Position numbers and translations under genes: made by a program | The notes under the pieces: generated by a model | Databases searched by the model: none | What the model saw: the letters and a program-made list of their open reading frames with translations, nothing else | What the model was told of the DNA's origin: nothing | Source: Patescibacteria group bacterium | GTDB lineage: Bacteria > Patescibacteriota > JACPGU01 | Reading direction: 5' to 3' | NCBI GenBank assembly: GCA_022703645.1 | Contig: JAKLDG010000001.1 | Span: 338,814 to 402,813 of the forward strand | Length of the DNA stretch: 64,000 nt | Part shown: piece by piece, positions 42,920-55,500 of the stretch | Numbering within the stretch: the stretch's first letter is position 1 | How the letters are laid out: each line of letters begins with the position of its first letter

Positions 42920-45001
42920 ATGATAATAAAAAAGAAAGTAAAAAATGAATTTTTCTTCGGATTTATTTCTGTTGCTGTTCTTGTTCTTTTTTTGGGAATG
43001 CTTTCCATGTTTGCCGCCAGTAATGTCGATACCACGGTTAATATAATTTCAGCTGCTCCGGCAATTACTTTTTTTACTGCGACGCCAACATCTGTGAATT
43101 CGGGGGATTCATCGCTATTAACATGGAATTCTACTAATACAACATCTTGCAATAGTAGTGATTTTGCAACAGGCGGCGCGATTAGCAACTTGATCGGTGT
43201 TCCAACTGGCGCGTTAACCACTGCAACTACCTTTACTATTACTTGTTCTGGTCCTGGAGGTCCTGACGCAACTAGTAGCGTTACGGTAACAATCTCCGCG
43301 GGTGGCGGACCATCTTATACTTCTACCCCCCCAACTCCAACTGTTCCAAAAATTACTTCTTTTATTGCGACGCCAGCTCTAGTTGATTCTGGCGGATCAT
43401 CCGTGCTTTCGTGGACTTCGCAGGATGCCACTTCTTGTAGCAGTCCTGATTTTTCAGTTGGATCAAGCTCAAATACAAACGGTTCTATTACATTAAATAA
43501 TATTACTTCAAATAAAATATTTAATCTAATTTGCACTGACGGAATCAGCTCAGACATGGCTAGCGTGGAGGTAAAGATTAATGTGGTTCCAATATTAATC
43601 GCAAATAAGACTTTGGTTGCCCCAGGTGATAGCATTTCTTTGAGCTGGACTGCGGCCGGGGCTGCAGTATGTACCGCTTCGGGAGTTGCTGGTTGGTCCG
43701 GTAGCAAATTTGTTCCAAGCGGAGCGCAAGATGTGGTTTTACCAAGTTCCCCGGGTATTTATGTTTATACACTAACTTGCGATGAAAGTTCAACTTTTGT
43801 AACGATAAACGTTGGATTGCCGCCGGTTTTTATCAGTTTTAATTCAAATAAAACTACTACTGCTCCCAGTGATACCGCATCACTCGCTTGGGATGTAACC
43901 GGAGCTGACACCTGCGAGGCTTCCGGAGCATCTGATTGGAGCGGAAACAAATCTTTATCTGGTACAAGTAGTATAACTTTACCAGACACTATTGGGTTTT
44001 TCTCATATAAATTAAGCTGTTCAAATGTATTTGGCTCTATCAGCCGTACGATCAATATCAATGTTTCAACTGCTGAAAAACCTCCAATTGAAGAACAACC
44101 TCCAATGCCAATTACTAACCCAATAGAAGTTACTAAACCAACTGAAGAAACATTTGGCGGCGCAGGCGGCGGTATTGAAGTAACGATGACAACCGAAAAT
44201 CCTCAGATAGAAATTGGGGCATTGGGAACAACCAAAATATCCTGGACTTCCAAAGGAGCTGATAGCTGCAGCGCTTCGGGTGTTGACGGCTGGGCAGGAA
44301 ACAAGCCAGTTAATGGAAGTGAAACTGTTACAGTTCCGGCTGAAACCGGAATCTATACTTATGTATTGACTTGTGAAAATCAAAAAGGACAAAAAACAGT
44401 TGCTTATGCTAAGATTACCGTAACCGAACCAAATAAAATTGAGGGTTTTTTCAACATCATAGAATCAGAAATCATTCCGGAAGCAGCGGTAACGTCTGGT
44501 GAAGTTTTGCAATATGTTCCAACCCCATCTGAAATAATAGACAAGCTAGGCCTGACGGAAGCTTTTTTGATTTCTGGTCCGCCAAAAACATTTGCGCAGA
44601 ATGTTTTATCCACTATCATTGCCGCTTTGTTGTTGTTGATGGTCCTTTACTTATCGATTTTATACTATAAAAATTCCAAAAACTGGGGTTATATCTTTGA
44701 TGCAGATTCAGGTCGCGCCATATCGGACGCAAAAATTGAAATCCGCAAAGCGTCCAATGGCGAGATACTCCAAACGACTTTATCCGACCATAAAGGAAAG
44801 TTCAGATTTATTTTAAAGAATCTTAAAGATGGGGATTATATTGTTGCGGTTGAAAAAAGAGGGTATCTTTTTCCATCCAAAGTTTTTGGAAGAAAGACTA
44901 CAATACCAAAATTAGTCTATCTCGGAAGAAAAACTAAATTGATTATTAAAAAAGGATTTAAGATGAAAATTCCTATCGACCCAATATCAAAACAAATATG
45001 A
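42920..45001 (+). CDS. Surface protein: five Ig-like Cys-containing repeats, one TM, C-terminal carboxypeptidase-regulatory-like domain
   Basis: Five repeats of the pattern SLxW...C.ASG...GWSG.K...G...YxLxC. TM LSTIIAALLLLMVLYLSILYY, then GYIFDADSGRAISDAKIEIR...HKGKFRF. Confidence 0.7.
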   Translation: MIIKKKVKNEFFFGFISVAVLVLFLGMLSMFAASNVDTTVNIISAAPAITFFTATPTSVNSGDSSLLTWNSTNTTSCNSSDFATGGAISNLIGVPTGALTTATTFTITCSGPGGPDATSSVTVTISAGGGPSYTSTPPTPTVPKITSFIATPALVDSGGSSVLSWTSQDATSCSSPDFSVGSSSNTNGSITLNNITSNKIFNLICTDGISSDMASVEVKINVVPILIANKTLVAPGDSISLSWTAAGAAVCTASGVAGWSGSKFVPSGAQDVVLPSSPGIYVYTLTCDESSTFVTINVGLPPVFISFNSNKTTTAPSDTASLAWDVTGADTCEASGASDWSGNKSLSGTSSITLPDTIGFFSYKLSCSNVFGSISRTININVSTAEKPPIEEQPPMPITNPIEVTKPTEETFGGAGGGIEVTMTTENPQIEIGALGTTKISWTSKGADSCSASGVDGWAGNKPVNGSETVTVPAETGIYTYVLTCENQKGQKTVAYAKITVTEPNKIEGFFNIIESEIIPEAAVTSGEVLQYVPTPSEIIDKLGLTEAFLISGPPKTFAQNVLSTIIAALLLLMVLYLSILYYKNSKNWGYIFDADSGRAISDAKIEIRKASNGEILQTTLSDHKGKFRFILKNLKDGDYIVAVEKRGYLFPSKVFGRKTTIPKLVYLGRKTKLIIKKGFKMKIPIDPISKQI

Positions 45002-46476
45002 AAAAAACAACGTTTAAAAAAATAGCCTACTTATTTTTGTCCACATTGATTTTTTGCGCTCTGATGACGCCTTTTAGCAGCTATGCGGCTGATTTGGCCA
45101 AAAAAAGCGGCAACAATTTTGGTATTACAAGAATTTCTATCGCGGATACTGATTATCCTTTAACTATTTCTATTTCTTCGGATAAAAATATAGTATTTAA
45201 TAATGGTTTAGACATAGCAAATTTAAAAGTTAGAATCGCAAATAGTAAAAAACAAGGCATTTCTGGAATTAATATTAAATTCAGTTCAGGCGGTAGGGAT
45301 ATAATTAATCCACCGGAAAATACCACAGACAATAATGGCATTGCATATTTCAAAGTCAGTTCTACCCAAGAGCATATCTCCAATTTTCAATTTAGCCTTA
45401 GAGACCCTACCAGCGGTGAGATTTATTCAAGTAATGTGGTAGCAATAAAGTTTTTGAGCCAAAGCCGCTTTAGTATGACCGTTAACTCTATCGCGGATTT
45501 CAAAAATAATACCGCCACAAAAGAGGCTGCTGCTTATGTTGTCGCTCCTGCGGCTACAGCTGTAATCGCCGTAAGCGCCTTTTCTCCAATTATTAATTTA
45601 TTAAGTTCTATTTTCCCATATTTGAATTACCTATTTAACGTAATATTACAGTTTTTTGGTATCAGAAGAAAACAAAAACCTTGGGGAATACTTTATGACA
45701 GCATGACAAAAGAGCCGATTGATCTTGGCACTGTCAGATTATTTGACGCAAAAACAAAAAATATCGTTCAAACCGCAACAACCGATAAGTCCGGAAGGTT
45801 TGGTTTTCCACCTTTATCAGGCAAATACTATTTAACAGCTGCTAAATACCAGTTTGGGTTTCCTTCAAAATTACTAAAAGGAGCGGTAGTTGACGGTAAA
45901 TATCACGGTTTATATTTCGGAGATAAGTTTAATTTAAAAAAGAATCAAAAACTTACTATTTCTGTACCAATTGACTTAGCAACCGCGGTAACTGCTCGGT
46001 TAAGATTGATAGACAGACTAAAAGCATTTTCAGAAAAGATATCGCGTCCTTTTTTGGTGGTAAGTCTGATGGTCACGTTGGTTATGCTTTGGATAAATAC
46101 AACCCTATATAATGAAATATTGATCATACTATATATATTGATGATTCTTACTATGAGGCGCATTCGCACATCAGCCATTATTCCATGGGGTATTATTTAT
46201 GATTCAAAGACTAAAAAACCGCTCAAGAGTATGCCGATTAAAGTATTTGATAAAAAATACAATAAATTGTTGGAAACGCGCGTCAGCGATGAAGCTGGCA
46301 GATTTACTTTCATATTACCGAAAGGGGAGTATTATTTCAAAATTGCTGATTTTCATTATCAGATAGATTTAAAAGCAAAAGAGTTAGGCGGCAATAAAAA
46401 CTATCATGGCGAGATTTTCAAGGTAGAAGAGAATGAGGTTTTAAGGTTTAATATTCCATTAAAAAGTTTAAAATAG
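44998..46476 (+). CDS. Membrane protein: signal peptide, Ig-like domain, TM blocks alternating with two carboxypeptidase-regulatory-like domains
   Basis: ATGA start/stop overlap with the upstream gene. WGILYDSMTKEPIDLGTVRLFD...KSGRFGF and WGIIYDSKTKKPLKSMPIKVFD...EAGRFTF each follow a TM segment. Confidence 0.7.
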   Translation: MKKTTFKKIAYLFLSTLIFCALMTPFSSYAADLAKKSGNNFGITRISIADTDYPLTISISSDKNIVFNNGLDIANLKVRIANSKKQGISGINIKFSSGGRDIINPPENTTDNNGIAYFKVSSTQEHISNFQFSLRDPTSGEIYSSNVVAIKFLSQSRFSMTVNSIADFKNNTATKEAAAYVVAPAATAVIAVSAFSPIINLLSSIFPYLNYLFNVILQFFGIRRKQKPWGILYDSMTKEPIDLGTVRLFDAKTKNIVQTATTDKSGRFGFPPLSGKYYLTAAKYQFGFPSKLLKGAVVDGKYHGLYFGDKFNLKKNQKLTISVPIDLATAVTARLRLIDRLKAFSEKISRPFLVVSLMVTLVMLWINTTLYNEILIILYILMILTMRRIRTSAIIPWGIIYDSKTKKPLKSMPIKVFDKKYNKLLETRVSDEAGRFTFILPKGEYYFKIADFHYQIDLKAKELGGNKNYHGEIFKVEENEVLRFNIPLKSLK

Positions 46477-46500
46477 CATGAGCAATAAAAACAAAAAAAT

Positions 46501-49500
46501 ATGATTGTGGTAAAGAAAAAGAAAATACCTTTAAGACCGTTTTTAATCCTCTTAGTGTTAATAGCTGGGTTTACTTTGAGTTTGGGTTTAAAACCAAATG
46601 AAAAAATAAAAGCGGCTTATTCTAATCCTTGCAAGACAGCTGGCACGTATGCTGGTTATGTAGTTGACGCGAATCTTAATGTTATTATTCCGGCTTACAA
46701 TAATGCTGTGTTTGGTGACACTTTCTATGATAGTACCAGCAAAGAAATTCATTGTAAAAGCATAACGATAGAAACGGGAGCGACTTTAGATATATCGCCA
46801 AAAACTACCGGTGCAAGTAAAACAGGCGGCACAAATTATAGAAGATTGGTTCTTGATGGTGATTTGAATATCGCAAGCGGTGGAACGCTAAATCTATATG
46901 GCGGCAATATATATAATACCGGCGGACTCAATGGCACTGGGATAACAAATGATGGAAAAGGATATGGTATGAATGTTATGGTTGGTGGAAATGTTTTGGT
47001 TGAATCCGGCGGATGGATATCAGCTGATGGCAAAGGGTATGAACATAGTAAGGGGCCGGGAGCAGGTGTGGCTGAACCCGGTTCACAAGGCGCTGCATAT
47101 GGTGGGGCTGGTCCGGATGGAACCAATTGTTATGGGAAATATTACGGTTCGGTTTCTGACCCGATAGAACTCGGCAGCGGCAGTAGTTTGGGAGTAGGAG
47201 GCGGAGTAGTTGATATAACTGCCGCGGGAACAATATTAATTCGCGGCGTAGGCAAAATTACGGCAAACAGCATTGGAGAGGGATCGGGCGGTTCAGTAAG
47301 ACTCAGCGCCAATACTATTAGTAGTACAATTGACGGCGTAAATATACCTTCTATTACAGCAAATGGCGGTAGTGGGTCTTATTACAGTGGCGGCGGCAGA
47401 ATCGCGCTTTTTTATAATTCATCAAATTTTGGCGGTGATATCAAAGCTATTGCTAACGCCTATGGAGGAGCTGGCACTGTATTCAAGAAAAAAAATATCG
47501 AGGCTTATGGTGATTTAATTATTACAAATAATTATCAGGATCATACCGATAACCCTCCGGACTATACTCCATATGCATATACAAAAATTGGCAAAACAAA
47601 AATCGATTCTGGCACATATAAGAATATCACAGTTAATAAAAGAGCAAACGCTATTATTGAATCTAGTAATATAGTAAACATCAATGGTGGTACTTTTGAA
47701 GTAAATAATTCCAAACTTGAAAATAAAGGCACTTTAGCTTCACAGACTTCCGCAGAAAAATTTCTGGCGAAAAATACCGCTCGGATACTTAATAGCGGTA
47801 CAGGGTTATTTAGCCTGTCCGCGAACTCAAACGCTATATTTGACGGCATAGACACTTATTTTGAGAACCAAAATAATATTATCCAAAATTTCGCCAATTT
47901 AACTATCTCTAACGGGGCTGTCATGAGCCATGCCGTCAATGATGCTACCGGTGTGACAAATTGTCTTAGGAATTCAATTGATAATCCAGTTGGCGGCGCG
48001 ATCCCTCCTTGCGAATATAAGGATTGGGGTGATGGCTATGGGAAACATTGGAATCAAAAATATACCTTAAGGATAAATGCCACAAGTGTTAATATTGATA
48101 ACAAAAGTTCGATAGATGTTTCACAAAAGGGATTTCAAACATTACCTGGAACATCAGGTTTTGGGCCGGGAGGGTCAAGTACGGCTTACTCAATCGGTGG
48201 TTACGCGGGAGGTTCTTATGGTGGCAGAGGTGGTAACGATAATACTGGGGGAGTAAGCGCAGATATTTATGGCGACTCGGATGGAGACCTGAATAATCCA
48301 AATGATCTGGGAAGCAGCGGTGATACCGGCTATACTGCCGGAGGATTAGTAAGAATAACAGTTTTGGGCGATATTGTTAATAATGGCTCTATATTATCAA
48401 ATTCAGGTACGGTTTCAAATGGTTTTGCCGGTGGGTCAGGAGGAGGCATAAGATTGGATGCAGACCGGATTCTCGGAGCTGGAAAAATTTCTGCCAACGG
48501 CATGCCCGGAACGATAGATCTTGCGAAAGGCGGCGGAGGAGGCGGAAGGATCGCGATCACATACAAAACCACAAAAGATTTTTATGGTCCAATTACCGCT
48601 TATGGAGGGTCTACTGATGGGGGACCCGGTACGATACTTTTTGCAAACAATAGCTCGGGAGCCTTAATTGATAAAGAACTTGTTATTTCTAATTCAGTTT
48701 TAAACGACAATCCAACCAAAATAGGAGGCGGTACGTATAAAAATATTACCGTAAAGAATACCTCGCCAACTCTTACTGACCTGACTTTAGCCGCAATCGT
48801 TTCTGGACAATCCGTTGTCATGCAAGATGGTGGGAATTTTGAAGTTAACCAAACTAATTTAACTAATAGCGGAACTATTTCTTTATTAGCCGGAACGTCA
48901 AATTTAGTTATAAAGGGAAAATCAAATTTTATTAATATCGGACCTACCGCCTCTCCTGGCATTAACGCGAATAGTACTTCTAAAGTTATTTTGGACAATG
49001 CCAATTTTGAAAATAAGAATAATATTGAACAGAATTTTGGCAATCTTTATATCCAGAATGGAGCAATATTAACGCATACTCAAAATGATTACTTAACGGT
49101 AAATTGCGTGAATACTTCCTGTACCAACCAAGACCTGGGTGATGGCAATGGAATGCATTACAATCAGGCTTATACATTAAGAATACATGCAAACAATGCT
49201 TTAATTGATAAATTTAGCGCTATTAATGTTGATGGCAAGGGCTATGACATGGGTAGAGGACCGGGTAATAATGGGTCTGCTAATTCTGCCGGAAGTTATG
49301 GCGGAGCTGCGTCAAGCGGCGACAGTACCTATGGTTTAGCGGATAACCCTAATGATTTGGGCAGTGGAGGTTATTCCGGTAGTTATGGTGATAATACCGG
49401 CGGCGGTTTAGTAAGAGTTAGGGCAGACGGTAATATAACAGTTGATGGCTTTATTTCTTCGGATACAACATCTGCCGGATCTTTTGACGGCGCTTCAGGA

Positions 49501-52500
49501 GGCGGTATAAAATTAATAGCAAATAGTATTCTTGGCTCCGGTTCTATTTCCGCTAGTTCTAATTTGACAAGCGGGAATATTGGCGGAGGTGGCAGAATAT
49601 CTCTCATAGCTACGCAAAAAAATTACAGCGGCACCGTCTCTGTGAATAGAGGTGGAACTGGAGCGAATTACGGTACTATTTATGATTCTCTGGCTATCCC
49701 TACGACTTATGGTCCGAGCGCAACACCATTAACTTATAATACAAAATTAAGTAATAATACTCCATATATAAAAGCCGATAGTTCAGCAACAACGATAGGT
49801 GTTGATGAAGGCAATGCAGTTAGCACTGGATATACTCCAGATTCTGATACCTCACTTCTTTTGAAAATGGATAACTGGGGAGATGGTCTTATTTATGATT
49901 CTTCCGCAAAATCAATACCTGTTATTAAATATGGCACAACTTCCTTCTCTGATACTGTTTTGAAAACTGGAACGCATTCACTATTATTTAATGGTTCCAC
50001 AGGTCGTTTAATACCTGATGGTACTTTTACATCAAATTTCCAGTATGGCACCGGAGCTTTTACTATTGATACTTGGATTTATCCAAAATCTGTTACGACA
50101 CTTCAAACAATTTATTCTCAAAAAAATAGCGCGACACCAACAACTAATGCATCATCATTACAAATTACTACTACCGGTCAGCTAAAATATACTGAAAATG
50201 GAGTTTCTATTATTTCTCCTGTCAGTACTATAAAACTAGGCAGTGATGTCGGATGGCAACATGTTGCTTTAGTTAGAGATAATTTAGGGGTTGAAAGATT
50301 ATTTTATAATGGTTCCGTAGTAGGAACACAGTCGTCTACATACTCCAAATTCAGCGATGTCGGTATCGGATGTTTATACCAGTCTACTAATACATTATTT
50401 TATAATGGCTATATGGATGAGTTCCGTATCAGTAAAGGAGTGGCGCGCTGGACCTCTGATTTTATTCCATTATCTGATGATGGCAACTGGGAAAAATTAA
50501 ATTTGAGAGCAACAAGGACTAACCCTAGCTCCGATACTAAGCTTTTGCTTCATCTCGATGGAACAAATGGATCAACTACCTATACTGACAGTTCTCCTTC
50601 AAACCATACAATATTGCGTTACAACACACCAACAATTTCCACTAACACTAGTAAATTTGGCGGCGCGTCAGGCGCTTTCCCGAGAGTAACCTCTCCATAC
50701 TTTGATTATATTTATGCTAATGATAATGTTAATGATTGGACTTTTGGCGCGGGTGATTTTACGATAGATTTTTGGGCTAACTTTTCAGATAATGTCAGGC
50801 AAGGTGTTCTTGCCATCGGCTCCGGCGCTTATGCTCCAATTGCTTTTGAAGTAGTAAGCAACAATCTTAACGTCTACATGACTAGTAATGGTAGCAGTTG
50901 GGATATCGCTAGCGGTCAACCAGTTGGCCAAACATTTGGTCCGGTAACACCAGGCGTTTGGGTACATTATGCGCTAACAAGGAATGGAAATACTTTTTAT
51001 CTTTTTGTTAATGGTACTACTGTAAACTCTTTTATGTCATCATTAAGTTTATGGAATAATAGCGGCGCTTTATATATAGGGCAATATTTTGGGTCTGTTA
51101 CAGCCTTTAAGGGCTATCTGGATGAATTTAGAATTATAAAGGGAAGAGCGGCTTGGAGTAATAATTTTACTCCTTCTACAACTCCCTATGAAATTTATGA
51201 TGACCCGTCTTTCAATGGAACGGTAGATATTGGCATAATAGATAATCTTGCAGGTGAATATGTTTTTTCCGGCTGCAACGGAGCGAACTGTACTTTTTCA
51301 GATTCAAAAGTTACAGCGAGATTCATAAATGGTATTGCTAATTTAGCAGTAAAAGTAAAAGACAAAAGAGATGGGCAGATAAAGCATCACGGTTTTTCAG
51401 GGCTAAAAATTAACTCCGTTTCAAATGTATCTTATATAAATAATAATCAAATAACCGGAGCTATCGAAATTCAAGATAGAACCCCAGAAAGATCAATACC
51501 ATCAGGTCCTGCCCCCGCAGGAAGTATTACTAAAGGAACTGCTGGCGCTACTATTTTTCCAATGGGAGCCGGTTTTAGTATTATAAATAATTCCAAAGGA
51601 ACCAGTCAGAGCCAACAAGATTTGGGTGGTAATTTAGTGGTTCGAGGTCCATTAGCATCCGCGCCATATCGTCTTTACCTTGATAAAAACATAATGTATA
51701 AAAGAGGTGATTATTTGAATAGCGACGGAACTATTAGCAGCGTGGCAACAGATTATCAAGTGGTTTGTGTTAATACAGCGGACTATACCCAAACAAAAAT
51801 AAGATGTAATGATGATCTGAGCACCAGCGCTATTCCATCAGGATTGCGAAATTATGGTATATATACATTTAATAAAACTTATAATTTCTATACCCAGAAC
51901 GAAACCTCTAATTATTCAGCGCCTTCAATATCTCAAGTTCTTATACCAGCTAGCAACCCAACTGTGCCTGTTATTTCTCCTTTAACAATAACTCCGACTA
52001 ACGGAAAATTAAATCTCAGCTGGAATAATCCAATTGATAATATCGGGCAAACAAAAACTTTGATCGTTAGAGGTATCGATAGTATTCCTACTTTCGTTCC
52101 AAGTGATGGGACGGATTATAATACCTGGTCAAATACTACTGTAACCGGAGAAGAGATGATCTATGACAGCACTAATGTCGGGGCGGGAAGTGAAGTAAAA
52201 AACTTTGACGATGCCAATGTATTTTTTGGAACCAGATACTGCTATACAATCTATGCTCAATATATTGGTTATATTTATTCGGTAGGGACTTCTGCTTGCA
52301 GCACTCTAACATCAATTATTGATCCGCCAGTCAACCCAACTATCACGATTCAAGGAATGATGATAAATATCGGATGGACAGCGCCACCTTCCGGCAATCC
52401 TGATAATTACCTGATTGTTAGAAAAAAAGGCACAACAGAACCAAACTGGAATCCAACCGGGGAAACTGCTGACTATAATATTGGTGATACGGTTGGCGAT

Positions 52501-55500
52501 GGTGTTGTTGTCTGTAAAGGATTTTCATGCACTGATCAAAATGTAAATGTAAATACTTTGCCAACCCAGTATTATTATAAAATTTATGCTCAGTATGGAA
52601 CCGCGGCTCCCTTCAGTTATTCTGTCGGTTCAACGGCAGTAAGCGGAAATCCTAACCCGGAAAACCCCCAAAAGTTTGATAATACCAATGAAGCAACACC
52701 AAGTGTAACACTGGACAATCTATCAGGACCTTACACGCCTCTTAATACATTTAAGATTGCAAATTATCTTGTCTGGAAAGCAACAACTCCGGCTGATTGC
52801 TCAGGGGCTTGGACGCCAACCAATGGAGCTGACTATTCAGGAGTGCAAGGAACTGGAAATATCATTTACAAAAACCCAGCAGCGCCAATATCATATATTG
52901 ATACTGCAGTTACAAATGGCGTTGGTTATTGTTACAAAATCTTTGTCCAATATAATGGTGAAACAATCAATACTACTGATCTAATGTATTCTTCTGGATT
53001 AAGTCTTTGGACTCAACCGCCAAATCATAATCCAACAATTAGCGTAAATAGCATCACCCAAACGATCGGCACGGATAATGTGGTAATTAACTTTAATGTA
53101 AATGATATTGATCCATCTGATAATGGCAAGCTTTCTGTTGGCTTTGCTGTTACAAATCCGGTTTCAGGATGCAGTATTAGCACTTTAACCGGACCAATAA
53201 CTAACCTCGGTGTCGGAGCTCATAGCGTTACTTGGACCGCCACTACCACTAATGGAACCGCGGGGGATTGTCCAGGCGTAGAAATGTTAGCCGGTTCTGC
53301 TCAACTGACAGCCACTGTTTCCGATTTTATCGGAGCCACCGGTACCGCTAGTCCAACTTTCTCTCTTGACACCAAAGCTCCCATTGCAAGTTCCAGCCTT
53401 ATTTTGTCCTCCAAAAACAGCAACTCCATTACTGTCGCTACCGGAGCTACCGGGGCTACTGATGGAAACATAAAAACTACCGCTGCCTATAAAGTCTATT
53501 ACAAGCAAGGATCAACGGTAGACGAAGTAAGCGGTACGCAAATACTACCAAATATTAATAGTTATGTTGCGGGACAGATATTTACTGCTTCCTCGCTAAT
53601 AACTAACCAGCAATATTCATTTAATATCTGGGCTTATGATAACTATGGACATAAAACTGCTGCTACGGTATTAAATGTCAGCACAAAAGGAAAATCTGTT
53701 ACAGGATTTACAGCTATAGTTCAAGGTATGAGAGTCCATCTGAGTTGGGACGCAATGCTGCCGGCGCCAGATAAGCATCTGGTTATTCGTAAGAAAGGAA
53801 CATCCGCGTCTACTTGGACGCCAACAGATGGTATTGGAATATATGCTGCTGGCAACACGGTAGATGCAGATACGATAGTAGTTTACCATGGCACAGGCGT
53901 CACTCTGGATGATGATGCAGTTGATGGAGCAGCCTATACCTATACTATCTTTGCCAACTATTCTGGAAATCTATATTCAGAGGGGGTTTCAGCTCCATCG
54001 ATAACACCGAATGCTCTGAACGCGTCGTTATCTGCTCCTGCCTATATACCAAATGGATCAAATTATGATATCGCACTCAACTGGGTAGCCCCCACACCAA
54101 GTTACAGTTTACAAAAATATGTAGTAGTTAGAGAAGTTGGGTCTCCTACTTGTTTAATCGAATGGACGCCAACCAAGGATAATAACTATAATGCATTAGA
54201 TCCAACCGGCTTTACTAATGAAGAAATTATCTATTCCGGAACCGGAACCACTACTACTGATAATATGGGAGGAACGGGAGTTTCTTCTGGTACAAATGTT
54301 TGCTATAAGATCTTTACTCAATATCTGGGAGATGATTTAGCGGTTCCAACAAACTTAGTTTATTCCGCTGGAATTGCCGCTACCTATGTACCGCCAAATC
54401 TGCCTCCAGAGATAGAGATTGGTTCAGTCACAGCGCTACAAACTACCGGAACTGAAAATATTGTTATAGCTTACCGTGTTAGAGATTCCGACTCAACCAA
54501 TTTGAATATTACATTTAGCATGATTGATCCGGGAGGCTCCACTTGCCAAATGAATTTAACTGATAATTTGGCGGGGATTGATGGCACTTACTATACTCAT
54601 ACCGCTACTTGGAATGCAGGGCTGGCAGGAGAGTGCCCGGGATTTGAAGTAACAAATGCTGTTATCCAAGTAACTGCCAGCGATAGTCTTAATTCTGTTT
54701 CGCAAAACTCCGCTCCATTTCTGCTTGATACTCTATCCCCAAGGCTTCCAACTCCAACTGTTTCTAACTTTAATTTAACTAATTTTTCATCAACAGGAGA
54801 TAAGATATTCTTCAATCTAGGATCTAATTCAACAACTGATACTAATGCGCTTAACTACAAGATATACTATGCTTCTGGGGGAAGTGTTGATGAAACAGGA
54901 ATACTCATAACAGGAGCTCCTATAGCATTTACTCCTGGAGCTGCATATTCGGTAACCGGATTAACACCGGGACAAAACTATACATTTAATATTTGGGCTT
55001 ATGATAAATATGGGCATAAAACTTCTGCGACTTCCGTAACATATTCAACTATTGTGCCTGCTCCGGCAAGCTTCTCTGTAACTCCGCATGGAATGAGATT
55101 ATCACTTACTTGGACGGCTCCTGTCGGTGGAACCCCAGACTATTATCTGATAGTTAGAAAAGCTAATTCAGATCCAATAATAGCTCCCGCTAATGGTTCT
55201 ACATACAACCTGGGGGATATTTTGAGCGGGGGAATGGTAGTCTACAATTCAACCGGGACAAGCCTTGACGATGATAATATTGATGACGGTCCTTACTATT
55301 ACCGAATTTATGCGCATTATTCAAATGGCAATTTCTCACCAGCCTTGGCTGGCAATGCGATTGCAGTGGCGGAAGGACCAAATACATTCAGCGCAACCTC
55401 AAGCCCAGCGCCAGTAGTCACATACATAGACACTCCACCAACAAATAATTTCAGTTTCGAGAACTATCTTATTTGGAAGAAAGAACAACCTAGCTGTACT

